Virus record (IMG/VR): IMGVR_UViG_3300043570_001980
Span: 124,001 to 188,000 of that record
Direction: 5' to 3' (one strand)
DNA length: 64,000 bases
Shown here: positions 33,086 through 43,208 of the stretch, one piece after another
Layout: each line of letters begins with the position of its first letter
How positions within the stretch are numbered: position 1 is the first letter of the stretch
Position numbers and translations under genes: made by a program
Notes under the pieces: model-generated
Seen by the model: the letters and a program-made list of their open reading frames with translations, nothing else
Database searches by the model: none
Told to the model about the DNA's origin: nothing

Positions 33086-34245
33086 TGATAAACTTTTGTT
33101 ACGATGAATTGTCTACTCCAAATATTGGATATCCAAATCTAGCAACTCTTAAAGCAGTTCCTTACACACCCAGTTGGAGAAAATTTGATAGCCAATGGCC
33201 TTATACTGTGCCATTGCGTCTTTTATATTATTTTCATTGCTATAAAATTCCTTACAACGTACATCTAGTGTCTAGTGCTCCACAGGGGTCAGTATACCCA
33301 ATATCAATAGGATGGTTTGATTTTCAATGCGATTATTTTTCTTTAATTCCTGTTAATACATTAAAAAAGATAAAAGACAAAGAAATACATGTTTTATTTT
33401 ATTATCACGAAGGCGATAACCCAACTAGAATAACACAAAGACTAGACAACTTGTGTCATCGACATAATATTGATATAAAATGTTACACATTTATAAGTGC
33501 TAATTCAGCGGCTGAAAATTACTTTTCAGACCATGAGTTTTTCTTTCGCTACATCAATAGAGATCAGGTGGCCGTTCCTATAACCACAGAAAAACGTCAG
33601 TATACATTTACTGCACTATGTAGGACTCACAAGTGGTGGAGGGCCACCTGCTTGGCAGACTTAGAACGCAAAGGATTATTAGAAAACAGTTTATGGAGTT
33701 ACAATACAAAATGCGTCATCGATGATAACTTTGATGATAACCCAATTCAAATTGATCACATAGAAATAAGAAATGAACTAGATTTTTTTATTAACAATGG
33801 TCCATATAGTTGTGACGATCAATCAGAAAAAGAACACAATGATCATCACATTGTCAATGCAAGTTTATACACACAATCCTACATACATATTATACTAGAA
33901 ACACATTTTGATGCTGATCAGAGTGGTGGCACATTTTTAACAGAAAAAACATGGAAGGCAATTAAATTTGGTCAGCCTTTTATAATTGTTGGTCCACCAA
34001 ATAGTCTAGCAACTCTTAGAGAACGTGGTTATAAAACCTTTGATCATTGTATTAACAACAAGTATGATAGTATACAGGATAATACTAATCGATGGATGGC
34101 AATTGTTGATACACTAACACAACTCAATTCTAATCCAGAATTGATTTATCAACAATGCATAGAAGATGTCAGACACAACCAGAGATTGTTTTTGTCCACA
34201 GGACATGAAGAGTTAAATAGAATAATAGGAAAATTAAATGTCTAA
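33085..34245 (+). CDS. Glycosyltransferase-like protein, ET..TEK family
   Basis: IILET...FLTEKTWKAI...PFIIVG...GYKTF. Confidence 0.6.
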   Translation: MINFCYDELSTPNIGYPNLATLKAVPYTPSWRKFDSQWPYTVPLRLLYYFHCYKIPYNVHLVSSAPQGSVYPISIGWFDFQCDYFSLIPVNTLKKIKDKEIHVLFYYHEGDNPTRITQRLDNLCHRHNIDIKCYTFISANSAAENYFSDHEFFFRYINRDQVAVPITTEKRQYTFTALCRTHKWWRATCLADLERKGLLENSLWSYNTKCVIDDNFDDNPIQIDHIEIRNELDFFINNGPYSCDDQSEKEHNDHHIVNASLYTQSYIHIILETHFDADQSGGTFLTEKTWKAIKFGQPFIIVGPPNSLATLRERGYKTFDHCINNKYDSIQDNTNRWMAIVDTLTQLNSNPELIYQQCIEDVRHNQRLFLSTGHEELNRIIGKLNV

Positions 34246-35299
34246 TATTATTAATAGTTACACCAGTTGGCAACCACTTGAAGAAGTAATTGTTGGTTGT
34301 GTTTATACGCCAGAATATTTTAACTTTATCCAGGATGAACAAGTTAAAGGTCAAATGACTAAAATACTCGAAGAGTCGGCTGAAGATTTGGATAATCTAC
34401 AAAAAGTAATTGAATCGTACGGAGCAGTAGTTAAGAGGCCAGATCTTCCAAAAATTAAACAATGGCAAAGTTTGCAAATAACAGATCAAGGTGTCCCAAT
34501 CCCACCACTAACACCTAGAGATTGGCAAATTACCCTGGGTGAAAAATTATTAAGAGTATTAAATGTTGCGGAAATGAATACTATATGTCGTGACTACGAA
34601 CAGAAACAACCAGGTAGCATAATTGATCCGCACAATAAAAATTCTGAATCACGCAATAACATATATGACCCTGACCACGTTATGGTAGACGCAGTGGCCA
34701 GTTGTATTGTTCGTGTGGGCACAGATGTATTCTTTGACAACAGCGAGTGGCTAACTGACGGTCAGATGGAATGGATTCGAAATAATGTACTAGATAGTCG
34801 ATATCGAATTCGTAGAGCTGTCACAAATGGGCACGGGGATAGTGTGTTTGCTATATTAAAACCGGGGGTAATATTAAGTACCATGCACGATGGTGATATC
34901 AACTACAAAGAAAATTTTCCCGGATGGGAAGTGTGTAAGATTTGGGACGCAAGTATTTTTGCTGCCATGGAGGTTGGAAAATTTCGTCAAGAAAACTTTA
35001 ATGGACGCTGGTATGTACAAGGTCAGAATCCAACTACTGAGTTTGCTAAGTTTGTTGACACTTATCTGACCAAATGGACTGGGTATGTTAAAGAAACTGT
35101 GTTTGATGTTAACTGTTTGGTGTTAGACGAGCAACATGTTATCTTTAGTTCTTACAACAAGATGGTTTTTGATTTTTGCAAAAAACATAACATTGAACCA
35201 ATAATTTCAGAGTTACGACACAAGTATTTCTTTGACGGGGGCATCAGTTGTTGCACTCAGGATATTCGTCGTCGAGGCGGATTAGAAACTTATCTATAA
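34238..35299 (+). CDS. Amidinotransferase family protein (StrB1/glycine amidinotransferase-like)
   Basis: NSYTSWQPLEEVIVG, PRD, HGD, FDVN, GGISCCTQDIRR. Confidence 0.82.
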   Translation: MSNIINSYTSWQPLEEVIVGCVYTPEYFNFIQDEQVKGQMTKILEESAEDLDNLQKVIESYGAVVKRPDLPKIKQWQSLQITDQGVPIPPLTPRDWQITLGEKLLRVLNVAEMNTICRDYEQKQPGSIIDPHNKNSESRNNIYDPDHVMVDAVASCIVRVGTDVFFDNSEWLTDGQMEWIRNNVLDSRYRIRRAVTNGHGDSVFAILKPGVILSTMHDGDINYKENFPGWEVCKIWDASIFAAMEVGKFRQENFNGRWYVQGQNPTTEFAKFVDTYLTKWTGYVKETVFDVNCLVLDEQHVIFSSYNKMVFDFCKKHNIEPIISELRHKYFFDGGISCCTQDIRRRGGLETYL

Positions 35300-35300
35300 A

Positions 35301-36539
35301 TTACAACAACTCAAAATGCTTGGCTTTGCTCCACCAATTAAAAGGTGAAAACATTCTTGTTAGTTCCCAGGCACCAACATCGGGTTGGCTGGCCCAAAAA
35401 CGTGTTAGTTCTTTAGTGTTTATTCTGCGTTCAAGGTCCTGATAATACTGCCAATGCTCAGTGTCGTTGCGTTGAGTCAATGTGTAATTGGTCAATACAA
35501 AATCATATAACTGCTTGGTTAGATTCAATGTTGCTTTGTTGTAGACTTTTGGATCTCGGCCAGTGTTGACAAATCTTGCAAACGCTTCAAGATAGTATTG
35601 CACAAGATATATGCTGGTTGCTTCCAATGGTTCCATAAATCCCGATGACAGCCCGACTGCCAGCACATTCTTTTCTAAAGGGTTATGTGAATACATGCTG
35701 TCATACTTGATAACTCGCAGTTTGTCCACATTTGTGTTAGGAAAATATGTTAAGTATTCAGCACGAGCTTGTTCGTCTGTGATAAACTGACTGCTGTAAG
35801 TATAACCACAACCTCTTCTATGAGCTAGCCCTGTGTCCCAGAGCCAGCCAGCTTTGCCTGCATAGGTAATTGTATACTGCGGTTGTGGGCCTGGATCAAG
35901 TTGTTGTGGACAAACCACAGCACGATCATTGAGTATGTCTCCATACTTGCTGAATTTAATTCCAACTTTATCTGCAAAAAGTCTAGCAGGACCTGAACAG
36001 TCAATATAAAAGTCTGCGCTTAATGTTTGCCCGTTGTCTAATAGCAAACCGCTGACATACCCATTTTCGTGTTGTTTGATATCAACAATGTGCGCTTGTA
36101 GATATTTTACTCCGGCTGGGTCAGCGACTCTGCGCTTTAGCATTTGTCCAAACGCTATTGCATCAATATGATAAGCATACTTGCCTTCTTTGACTGGCGG
36201 CAATATTCCCGACTCTAAATAATATTGTCCATTACAATTATTACGATCATAGCAGAAGAAGTGTTTCCATACAGTATCTTTTTCTCTAAGCCAATTGTAA
36301 TGGAAGATCCCTATTTTATGTCTGGCATTTGCTTCAGGCATCCATTCCTCTTCTTTTAATCCAAGAGAATCACAGAAAATACCGATTGCAGGCAAACAAC
36401 TTTCACCTACACCAATGGTAGGAACATCAGGACTTTCAACTAATGTTACATCAAATCCTTGCTTAACCATATAGCATGCACTCATCCAGCCAGCTGTACC
36501 ACCGCCTACAACCACAATGGATTTGATTTGATTGTTCAT
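35301..36539 (-). CDS. Flavin-dependent halogenase family protein (tryptophan halogenase-like)
   Basis: GGGTAGW, IGVGES, DCSG, GWLWDTG (variant of WxWxIP), GFMEPLEATSI. Confidence 0.85.
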   Translation of the reverse strand: MNNQIKSIVVVGGGTAGWMSACYMVKQGFDVTLVESPDVPTIGVGESCLPAIGIFCDSLGLKEEEWMPEANARHKIGIFHYNWLREKDTVWKHFFCYDRNNCNGQYYLESGILPPVKEGKYAYHIDAIAFGQMLKRRVADPAGVKYLQAHIVDIKQHENGYVSGLLLDNGQTLSADFYIDCSGPARLFADKVGIKFSKYGDILNDRAVVCPQQLDPGPQPQYTITYAGKAGWLWDTGLAHRRGCGYTYSSQFITDEQARAEYLTYFPNTNVDKLRVIKYDSMYSHNPLEKNVLAVGLSSGFMEPLEATSIYLVQYYLEAFARFVNTGRDPKVYNKATLNLTKQLYDFVLTNYTLTQRNDTEHWQYYQDLERRINTKELTRFWASQPDVGAWELTRMFSPFNWWSKAKHFELL

Positions 36540-37786
36540 GTTTGTTCTGCAGGAATCAGTTCATAACCATTTAACATTGCCCACCAACTGCATGGGAAAA
36601 ATAAATTGGTTGAATTCCATTGTTCGACATCTTTTTCTGCCGCTTTTTGTTTGACATAGTTCAGCGTGTTGATCTTTTTCTCAAGATCATTGTAATATCT
36701 CCAGTACTCAGTGTCGGTTCTGCCCGACAATGTATAATGACAAAGAACAAATTTTGCTGTGTGATCAAATACTTTTTTCTGGGATCTGTTAATAGCCCCA
36801 GCAGGACGTTCCCCTGATGCAAACATTTCTGATTGTACAATCATATACTGAGTTAAAAATATACTAGTAGCTTCTAATGGTTCAATAAATCCGCCAGCAA
36901 GTCCAACACAGATAACATTTTGATTTATAGGATTTAAACAAACTTCAGGTACAAATTTTAAAAAATTAATTTTGCTCTTATCGGTTCCTGGATAATGTTC
37001 ACAATATTCTTCAACGGCCTGCTCATCAGATATGTGTTTACTTGAATAAACATAACCACAGCCTCGTCTTGTGGTCAACGGTATTTCCCAAATCCATCCA
37101 GCTGATTTAGCAATTGTTGTTGTATATCTATTAATAGTAGGTAGACTTGGCTGTGCTGTTGTAACTGCACGATCGTTGAGCAAATGTTCGTAACGATGAT
37201 ATTCCATGCCAACTTTGCTTGCTAATAATTTGCGCCAACCAGTACAATCAATGTATAAATCAGCAGACAATTCAAGGCCAGTGCTGGTTATTAATTTTTC
37301 TATCCCTGATTCAGGGTTTCCAATAACATCAGTCACGTGACCAACAATGTGTTTACATCCGTGCTTGAGTGCAGTTGTTTTAGCAATAGTGTCGCCAAAT
37401 TTAAATGCATCAACATGATATCCGTATTCTAATTTTTCACGAGGGGGTAATGTGTTATTTTTTAAGTGCTCAAATTGTTCTTCATGTGTTGTACGATCAT
37501 AGATAAACCAATGCCACCAGTTTGAGTCTCGATTGTTCCAGCCTTCGTGCTTGATTGCCATTTTAAAAACTGAATCACTAAGTGGCATCCATTCTTCTTC
37601 TTCCATGCCTAAAAAATTTGCAAACCAGTTCATAGCAGGTAACGTGCTTTCTCCTACCCCTACTACATTAACGTCGGGACTTTCTATCAGCGTAACTGGG
37701 TATCCTTTTTTACTATAATATCCAGCGGCCATCCAGCCAGCTGTGCCGCCCCCAACTACTAAAATTGATTTATTTTGATTGTTCAT
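36536..37786 (-). CDS. Flavin-dependent halogenase family protein (tryptophan halogenase-like)
   Basis: GGGTAGW, VGVGEST, FKMAIK, GWIWEIPL, GFIEPLEATSI. Confidence 0.9.
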   Translation of the reverse strand: MNNQNKSILVVGGGTAGWMAAGYYSKKGYPVTLIESPDVNVVGVGESTLPAMNWFANFLGMEEEEWMPLSDSVFKMAIKHEGWNNRDSNWWHWFIYDRTTHEEQFEHLKNNTLPPREKLEYGYHVDAFKFGDTIAKTTALKHGCKHIVGHVTDVIGNPESGIEKLITSTGLELSADLYIDCTGWRKLLASKVGMEYHRYEHLLNDRAVTTAQPSLPTINRYTTTIAKSAGWIWEIPLTTRRGCGYVYSSKHISDEQAVEEYCEHYPGTDKSKINFLKFVPEVCLNPINQNVICVGLAGGFIEPLEATSIFLTQYMIVQSEMFASGERPAGAINRSQKKVFDHTAKFVLCHYTLSGRTDTEYWRYYNDLEKKINTLNYVKQKAAEKDVEQWNSTNLFFPCSWWAMLNGYELIPAEQT

Positions 37787-39260
37787 ATGTTTCATTTAGC
37801 AAGTACCTTTGTATTTTTCCATTGGTATTTTTGGGTAATTCCTTGGTTACACGAATGTACCTAGGGCACTTAAAATAATCCAATTTGTGTTTTATCAACG
37901 ATTTTAATTGGTGATCAAAATTTTCTGGGATTTCTACATCGGGTGCTAGTACAATGTATGCAACGATTTCTGTTAACCCATCACTGTTCTCAATACCCGA
38001 CACACCAGCTTCAAATACCAATTCGTGCGATATTAATAAATTTTCTATTTCTACTGGGCTGACCCAGTTGGCATTCACTTTTAGCATATCTTTAGAACGC
38101 CCAACAAACTGATATGTATCACCTTGTTGTATAAATTTGTCTCCTGTTTTACACCATTTACCTATAAAAGTTTCCTGGGACTTTTTGGTTTCATTTTGAT
38201 ATCTAAGAGCCATCGACGGACCATCAATATACAATTCTCCCACTTGATTTTGTACAACACAATCATTGGCATCTTTTACCATTCCTGAAAATCCTGGTAA
38301 TAATTTTCCTGACACAATAACCGGTGCTAGTAATTCGGTACTACCGTACCCGTCAACGATAGGTAATTTTGTTAACTCCTGCCATCGTTGTTGCATGGTA
38401 GATGTTATTGCCTCACCAGCACTTACGCACAATCTTAAAGACCCATAGTTAATTGGTAAATTTTCATTTAACAATCCAACATAAAAAGACGGAACTGATC
38501 CAAATAACGTGGGTTTGTGTTTTTTAAATATCCTTGCCGCAGTACTAGGAGTATGTAATTTACCATGCAATATTGTTGTGGCTCCCACAGTCAATGGAGA
38601 TATAAATGCACTACTTATTCCCCAACTAAAAAACAATTTTGATGTGGCAAAAACAATATCGTCGGACTTATAACCTACATCGATCCCGTAGCCTAACCCT
38701 ACACCAATCATTGATCTATGAGAATGTACAACTGATTTAGATTCTCCTGTACTGCCCGAGGTAAACAACCAAAATGCTTCGCCGTCTCTTAGAGTTGTTG
38801 GGGGATCAAAACTTGATGGAGTACTCAATATATTTAGTTGTTCAATAGATAACACATGCTTGGGCTTGTGTGTAGTTTCAGCAAGGTAACTGTCAATGGA
38901 TTGATTTTGTGTTGTTCTATTATTTGCAAAAATAATAACTTTTGCGGCGCTGGATTCAATAAAGTGACAAATAGTTTTTTTAGGCGACCACGGATTTCCG
39001 ATAACCGGAACAAATCCTCCTAATATACAGCCTAGTATTGCAATGCCGCATTCGATAGTGTCCGGCATTAATATTAACACACGATCTTCTCTTGTTAACC
39101 CCATGTCTGTGAGACTTTTAGCAAATCCCCGAGATCTATGCTCAAGCATTTCATAACTAATCGAGCTGGTATCATCAATTAATGCAATCTTATTTCCTAA
39201 TTTTTTTCCAAAAATGTGTTTGGCAAAATTAAATTTAACAGGTATATCTGTTAACTGCAT
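37770..39260 (-). CDS. Benzoate/aryl-CoA ligase family adenylating enzyme
   Basis: FWLFTSGSTGESKSVVH, SKLFFSWG, SAGE, DGYGSTE, TGDK, LPKNTNGKIQR. Confidence 0.88.
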   Translation of the reverse strand: MQLTDIPVKFNFAKHIFGKKLGNKIALIDDTSSISYEMLEHRSRGFAKSLTDMGLTREDRVLILMPDTIECGIAILGCILGGFVPVIGNPWSPKKTICHFIESSAAKVIIFANNRTTQNQSIDSYLAETTHKPKHVLSIEQLNILSTPSSFDPPTTLRDGEAFWLFTSGSTGESKSVVHSHRSMIGVGLGYGIDVGYKSDDIVFATSKLFFSWGISSAFISPLTVGATTILHGKLHTPSTAARIFKKHKPTLFGSVPSFYVGLLNENLPINYGSLRLCVSAGEAITSTMQQRWQELTKLPIVDGYGSTELLAPVIVSGKLLPGFSGMVKDANDCVVQNQVGELYIDGPSMALRYQNETKKSQETFIGKWCKTGDKFIQQGDTYQFVGRSKDMLKVNANWVSPVEIENLLISHELVFEAGVSGIENSDGLTEIVAYIVLAPDVEIPENFDHQLKSLIKHKLDYFKCPRYIRVTKELPKNTNGKIQRYLLNETYEQSK

Positions 39261-40747
39261 ACAGTTACTCCATATAATTTTTCAAATCTATCAGCATCGA
39301 CTCTATCATTAACCATGGGCTCTCCACGTATGTTTAAGCTGGTGTTTAACAGCATTGGGCAACCAGTCATCACGTACCACTTTGCCAACAATTGTCTAAT
39401 TCCCGATCCATCATTCGGAACTGTCTGAACACGACTAGTGCCATCAACGTGAACGATAGCAGGAAATATGTGAGGATGCCTGCAACGAGCGATGACTTGC
39501 ATATACCTACTGTCACTGAAGCCACGAGGCATATCAAAATACATATCAACATGCTCCTCCAGAATGACTGGCGCAAATGGTCTGAATTTTTGTCTGCGTT
39601 TGATTTCATTTACACGATCCTTTATTTCTGATCCTCTTGGGTCGGCCAATAAACTGCGGTTGCCCAGTGCTCTAGGACCAAACTCTGCTCTACCGCTAGC
39701 CACTCCAACAATTTGATTTTTAAGTAGCTCATCAAGTATACTGTTAACTGGATACGGTCCAGGAATGTCATGCCCAAGAAAAGCACTAGTCCAATTAACT
39801 CTGTGACCGTATGCCAAAGCGGCAGCGCCAAGACTGCTGCCTGCGTCGCCAGGATTAGGCATAATCCAAATATTATTAAAATAGTTTCCAAGATGTCTAT
39901 TTGCAAGGCAATTTAATGCCACGCCTCCCATGTATACAAGATTATCGCTCCAATTTAAAGACTTGGCACGTTTCATTACATTGACAATTAATTCTTCTAC
40001 TAGCTGTTGTGCTGATGCGGCAATGTCTTCATTGGTGGCAGCTTCTAAGTAAGTTGCATCTAATCCAGTGTGAAGATTATCTTTAAACTTGATAGTATCA
40101 AGATCTTCAATAAGACCCTGATTCATTTTTTCATACCACGAGGATTTCCCCCATCCCGACATGCCCATGGTAATGTATTCTTCGTCCATTGGGTGTAGTC
40201 CAATACGTTTAGTTATTGCACTATAAAACAACCCTATACTATGAGGATACCGTTGGCTCCACAACTTTTTATAAGTTGCTCGATGTGTAGAATCGTACAT
40301 TGCTCCCCAGATACTAATAGTATCCCATTCACCTATTGCGTCTATAACGACAACGGTGGCCTTGGTAAAGGGACTGGTTTGGAATCCTGCGGCAGCATGG
40401 GACAAATGATGTCCAGCATGTAAAAATAATGGCTCTTTATGAAAAGATACAGGTACATGTTTATGCAAATACTTACGAACAGTAATATCGGTAAAATCCA
40501 ACGCTTCATTATATTGTCCTGCGTAAAAGTTTCTTAGCTTTTTAAGCCAAGGTTTTTCGTAAAAAGCAACAACGTCTGGCTCGCCATACGATAATGCCTC
40601 TGCTACCAAGTCTTGATTGATATGAGGATCATGCTTGCTTTTACTGTAGCGTTCGGCGTGGCCGGCAAATAAAATATCGCCTTGATTAGCAATTACCGAT
40701 ACGGCAGCGTCATGAAAACCAGCACTTATACCTAGGTATTTTTTCAT
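39251..40747 (-). CDS. O-carbamoyltransferase (NodU/CmcH/TobZ family)
   Basis: HDAA, HHLSHA, GGVALN, EFGPRALGNRS, RPFAP, LNTSLN. Confidence 0.95.
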   Translation of the reverse strand: MKKYLGISAGFHDAAVSVIANQGDILFAGHAERYSKSKHDPHINQDLVAEALSYGEPDVVAFYEKPWLKKLRNFYAGQYNEALDFTDITVRKYLHKHVPVSFHKEPLFLHAGHHLSHAAAGFQTSPFTKATVVVIDAIGEWDTISIWGAMYDSTHRATYKKLWSQRYPHSIGLFYSAITKRIGLHPMDEEYITMGMSGWGKSSWYEKMNQGLIEDLDTIKFKDNLHTGLDATYLEAATNEDIAASAQQLVEELIVNVMKRAKSLNWSDNLVYMGGVALNCLANRHLGNYFNNIWIMPNPGDAGSSLGAAALAYGHRVNWTSAFLGHDIPGPYPVNSILDELLKNQIVGVASGRAEFGPRALGNRSLLADPRGSEIKDRVNEIKRRQKFRPFAPVILEEHVDMYFDMPRGFSDSRYMQVIARCRHPHIFPAIVHVDGTSRVQTVPNDGSGIRQLLAKWYVMTGCPMLLNTSLNIRGEPMVNDRVDADRFEKLYGVTVCS

Positions 40748-40845
40748 TTGTAGATAAATGGATCTCGTTTACGTAACTCTTTGAGTTTTTTTCTATATCT
40801 TATTTCAAGTTTAATTCTATTGATTAAGTTTTTTAACCAGTTCAT
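40744..40845 (-). CDS. Small basic peptide (33 aa, not in the ORF track)
   Basis: MNWLKNLINRIKLEIRYRKKLKELRKRDPFIYK; ATGA overlap with the carbamoyltransferase start. Confidence 0.7.
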   Translation of the reverse strand: MNWLKNLINRIKLEIRYRKKLKELRKRDPFIYK

Positions 40846-40846
40846 A

Positions 40847-41935
40847 TTAGTTCTTTCGATTGATTATGTTTATCTGACGGTCTATAAAGTCTGAGTCTGA
40901 CCAATGATAGTCGTATATAGCACAACTACTGCTGGTACTCACGCTGTATACATCTAGACTATTATTTAATTGATTCCAAACGGTCAGGTAATCTTCTGTG
41001 TTAAAACTACGTTTTAAATCTACTTGTCCCACTTGAGGATGCCCAATGGTTAATAGTTTATCATTAGGGTCAAACCCATTGACTATTAACCATTCTTTAA
41101 ATTCAGCTAGTTTAATTTGTTGCCAGCTGTGATTACCTGGATTATTTGCCCACTCAATATCAAAATCTCCAGCGGCTTCAGTCTGACTGCGCATAGAGGT
41201 AGTGACTAATTCACTAACTCGACTGTCACGGCCTTCGTCCATGAATACTTCCCAATGATGTTTTCCAATTGCCTTGTTAACTCCAACAAACACTCCTCCA
41301 AGACTGCGGTTTATTGTTTCAATACCAAATAAATCATAGTCATTTTCGTCAAGAGTAAATCTTGGCGCATTTAACCAACACATTAGTTGGCTGGGTCGTT
41401 GCCACTCAGGTGCTTCTATTTCTTTACGATAACTCAATGCCCATGTTTCAAACTCATGACAGAGTAAATTTAATTGTCTTATATGCCAGCGTATGTCAGC
41501 ACTGGCGTGATTAAAATAAACCGACATGCTACCGCTTACGCCCTGAAGGTCTTCAAAATAACGATGCAACCAATTCAAGCGTTCATGAATCATATTCCTA
41601 CCAACTGTTCTTGATCCTACAGGATCATCAGTGATAGTGTTTTCCATTGTAAAATAATCATCAATGGTATATCCAATATTTGCTTGATTAATTGCATTTA
41701 TTGATTTGTTTACCTGTTCAAGAATGTACCACCCATTGCGCTGACTTTGAGTAAATCCTAAAAAACAAAAATTTTTTTCTAAATGAGAGTCATTTGTTAA
41801 CAAACCGTTTAATGCATTTAACCATTTACGAGATAATGAACTATCATAGACGTCAATATAAACTGAGTGAAGATTATCTGTATTTCTATTTTTAAGTTCA
41901 ATTTTAATCTGTTCTAATATTTTTCCACCAGCCAT
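40847..41935 (-). CDS. Hypothetical protein
   Basis: 362-aa ORF in a tightly coupled operon. Confidence 0.75.
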   Translation of the reverse strand: MAGGKILEQIKIELKNRNTDNLHSVYIDVYDSSLSRKWLNALNGLLTNDSHLEKNFCFLGFTQSQRNGWYILEQVNKSINAINQANIGYTIDDYFTMENTITDDPVGSRTVGRNMIHERLNWLHRYFEDLQGVSGSMSVYFNHASADIRWHIRQLNLLCHEFETWALSYRKEIEAPEWQRPSQLMCWLNAPRFTLDENDYDLFGIETINRSLGGVFVGVNKAIGKHHWEVFMDEGRDSRVSELVTTSMRSQTEAAGDFDIEWANNPGNHSWQQIKLAEFKEWLIVNGFDPNDKLLTIGHPQVGQVDLKRSFNTEDYLTVWNQLNNSLDVYSVSTSSSCAIYDYHWSDSDFIDRQINIINRKN

Positions 41936-43208
41936 ATATTTTGTTATCCTGTTGTAGTATTTGGTCTAGCCCAAATGTATCATTTCTAATAGATTCCAAT
42001 TGTAACATTCTGAACTTTCCTCTTGCAAGACCTTTTTCCCAGGTGTCGGGCCATTGTTCTGCAAAAGTTGGGCGTGATTTTAGTTGTAGTAACACATCCT
42101 TCAACGCACCTGGAGGTAAGTTAGTTACTAGACGATCTACTGTGCTGTCTAATAACTCACGAGGCAATGCCAATGGACTCATAATGATGTCCGGGCTAAA
42201 ACTAAAAATCACCTTGGCTAATATATCAACCCCAAGCTCATTTGATAACTGCTGTATATTACCAACTTCAAATAGTCCAGGTAATGTGAGAGTAAAATCA
42301 ATTCGCATTTGCCTGCGATGTTTTTGTATCTCAATTCCCTGTTTAAAGTTTTTTAGAAAGGTGGAATATTCAAGCCCTGTGCGGATGTATTCTCCTGTGG
42401 CTCCTGTTCCGTCGAGGCTGGCACAGATTTGCCAATCGCGAACATTAGATAAAATATCACGATATAGATTAATACCCCGAAAATCAACGCGACTAAGATT
42501 GGTGTTATACCTGGCATATAATTGTCCTCCATCATTTAATTCAATAATACGTTTCATATACCGCCAATGTTGTTCATACATTAGAGGTTCACCGCCTACC
42601 CAATAGACTTCTTCAACTCTGTGTTCTTCTACTGCTTCTGCAAATTCTTTTTCAATTTGCGTGTCCTGGAATTTACTAATTTCTGTTCTTACTGCTGGTT
42701 TCATCCAGTTATTTCTTGGATCCGAATAGTCAATAAGATTGTGTTGACGTTCTTCGCTTTCCCAACTACTAGACAACATATCCCCACACATGCGACATTT
42801 GAAATTGCAAAGATTGCTAAATCTATAATCCCAACTTATTGGTTTCATAGTTGTAGATCCGTTAGGCTGTGTTTTTTCCATGGCCTCTTCATAACGATGT
42901 TTGAATAGGTGCCAGAAATATGTTCGATAGACATCAGTATTTAACAGTTTACTGTTACAAACATCACATTCGGGCAAAATTTCTCCTGCCATCATACGTT
43001 GTCTAACACTTTTCATATGATCGCTATTCCAGTGTTGATCTAGTGTGAGTGGAATATATTTTCCTGTGCCTGCTGATGTGTCAATGTACTGTTGAAAATT
43101 TTGTGCAGGTTCGCGGCTAGCACAACACATTCTGCGTTCGGTTTGAGGACTTAGATAGGTATGCACCCAGGGTGCCATACACAAAGATTCAGGTTTATTC
43201 ATAAGCAA
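41904..43208 (-). CDS. Radical SAM protein with an N-terminal twitch/SPASM-like domain
   Basis: CMAPW..CC..CDVC; CNFKCRMC; GGEP. Confidence 0.9.
   Translation of the reverse strand: MLMNKPESLCMAPWVHTYLSPQTERRMCCASREPAQNFQQYIDTSAGTGKYIPLTLDQHWNSDHMKSVRQRMMAGEILPECDVCNSKLLNTDVYRTYFWHLFKHRYEEAMEKTQPNGSTTMKPISWDYRFSNLCNFKCRMCGDMLSSSWESEERQHNLIDYSDPRNNWMKPAVRTEISKFQDTQIEKEFAEAVEEHRVEEVYWVGGEPLMYEQHWRYMKRIIELNDGGQLYARYNTNLSRVDFRGINLYRDILSNVRDWQICASLDGTGATGEYIRTGLEYSTFLKNFKQGIEIQKHRRQMRIDFTLTLPGLFEVGNIQQLSNELGVDILAKVIFSFSPDIIMSPLALPRELLDSTVDRLVTNLPPGALKDVLLQLKSRPTFAEQWPDTWEKGLARGKFRMLQLESIRNDTFGLDQILQQDNKIYGWWKNIRTD

Noticed and set aside
41941-42606. 221-aa plus-strand ORF and other antisense ORFs within the 35-64 kb operon
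   Set aside because: Fully nested opposite well-supported genes, with no motifs or RBS
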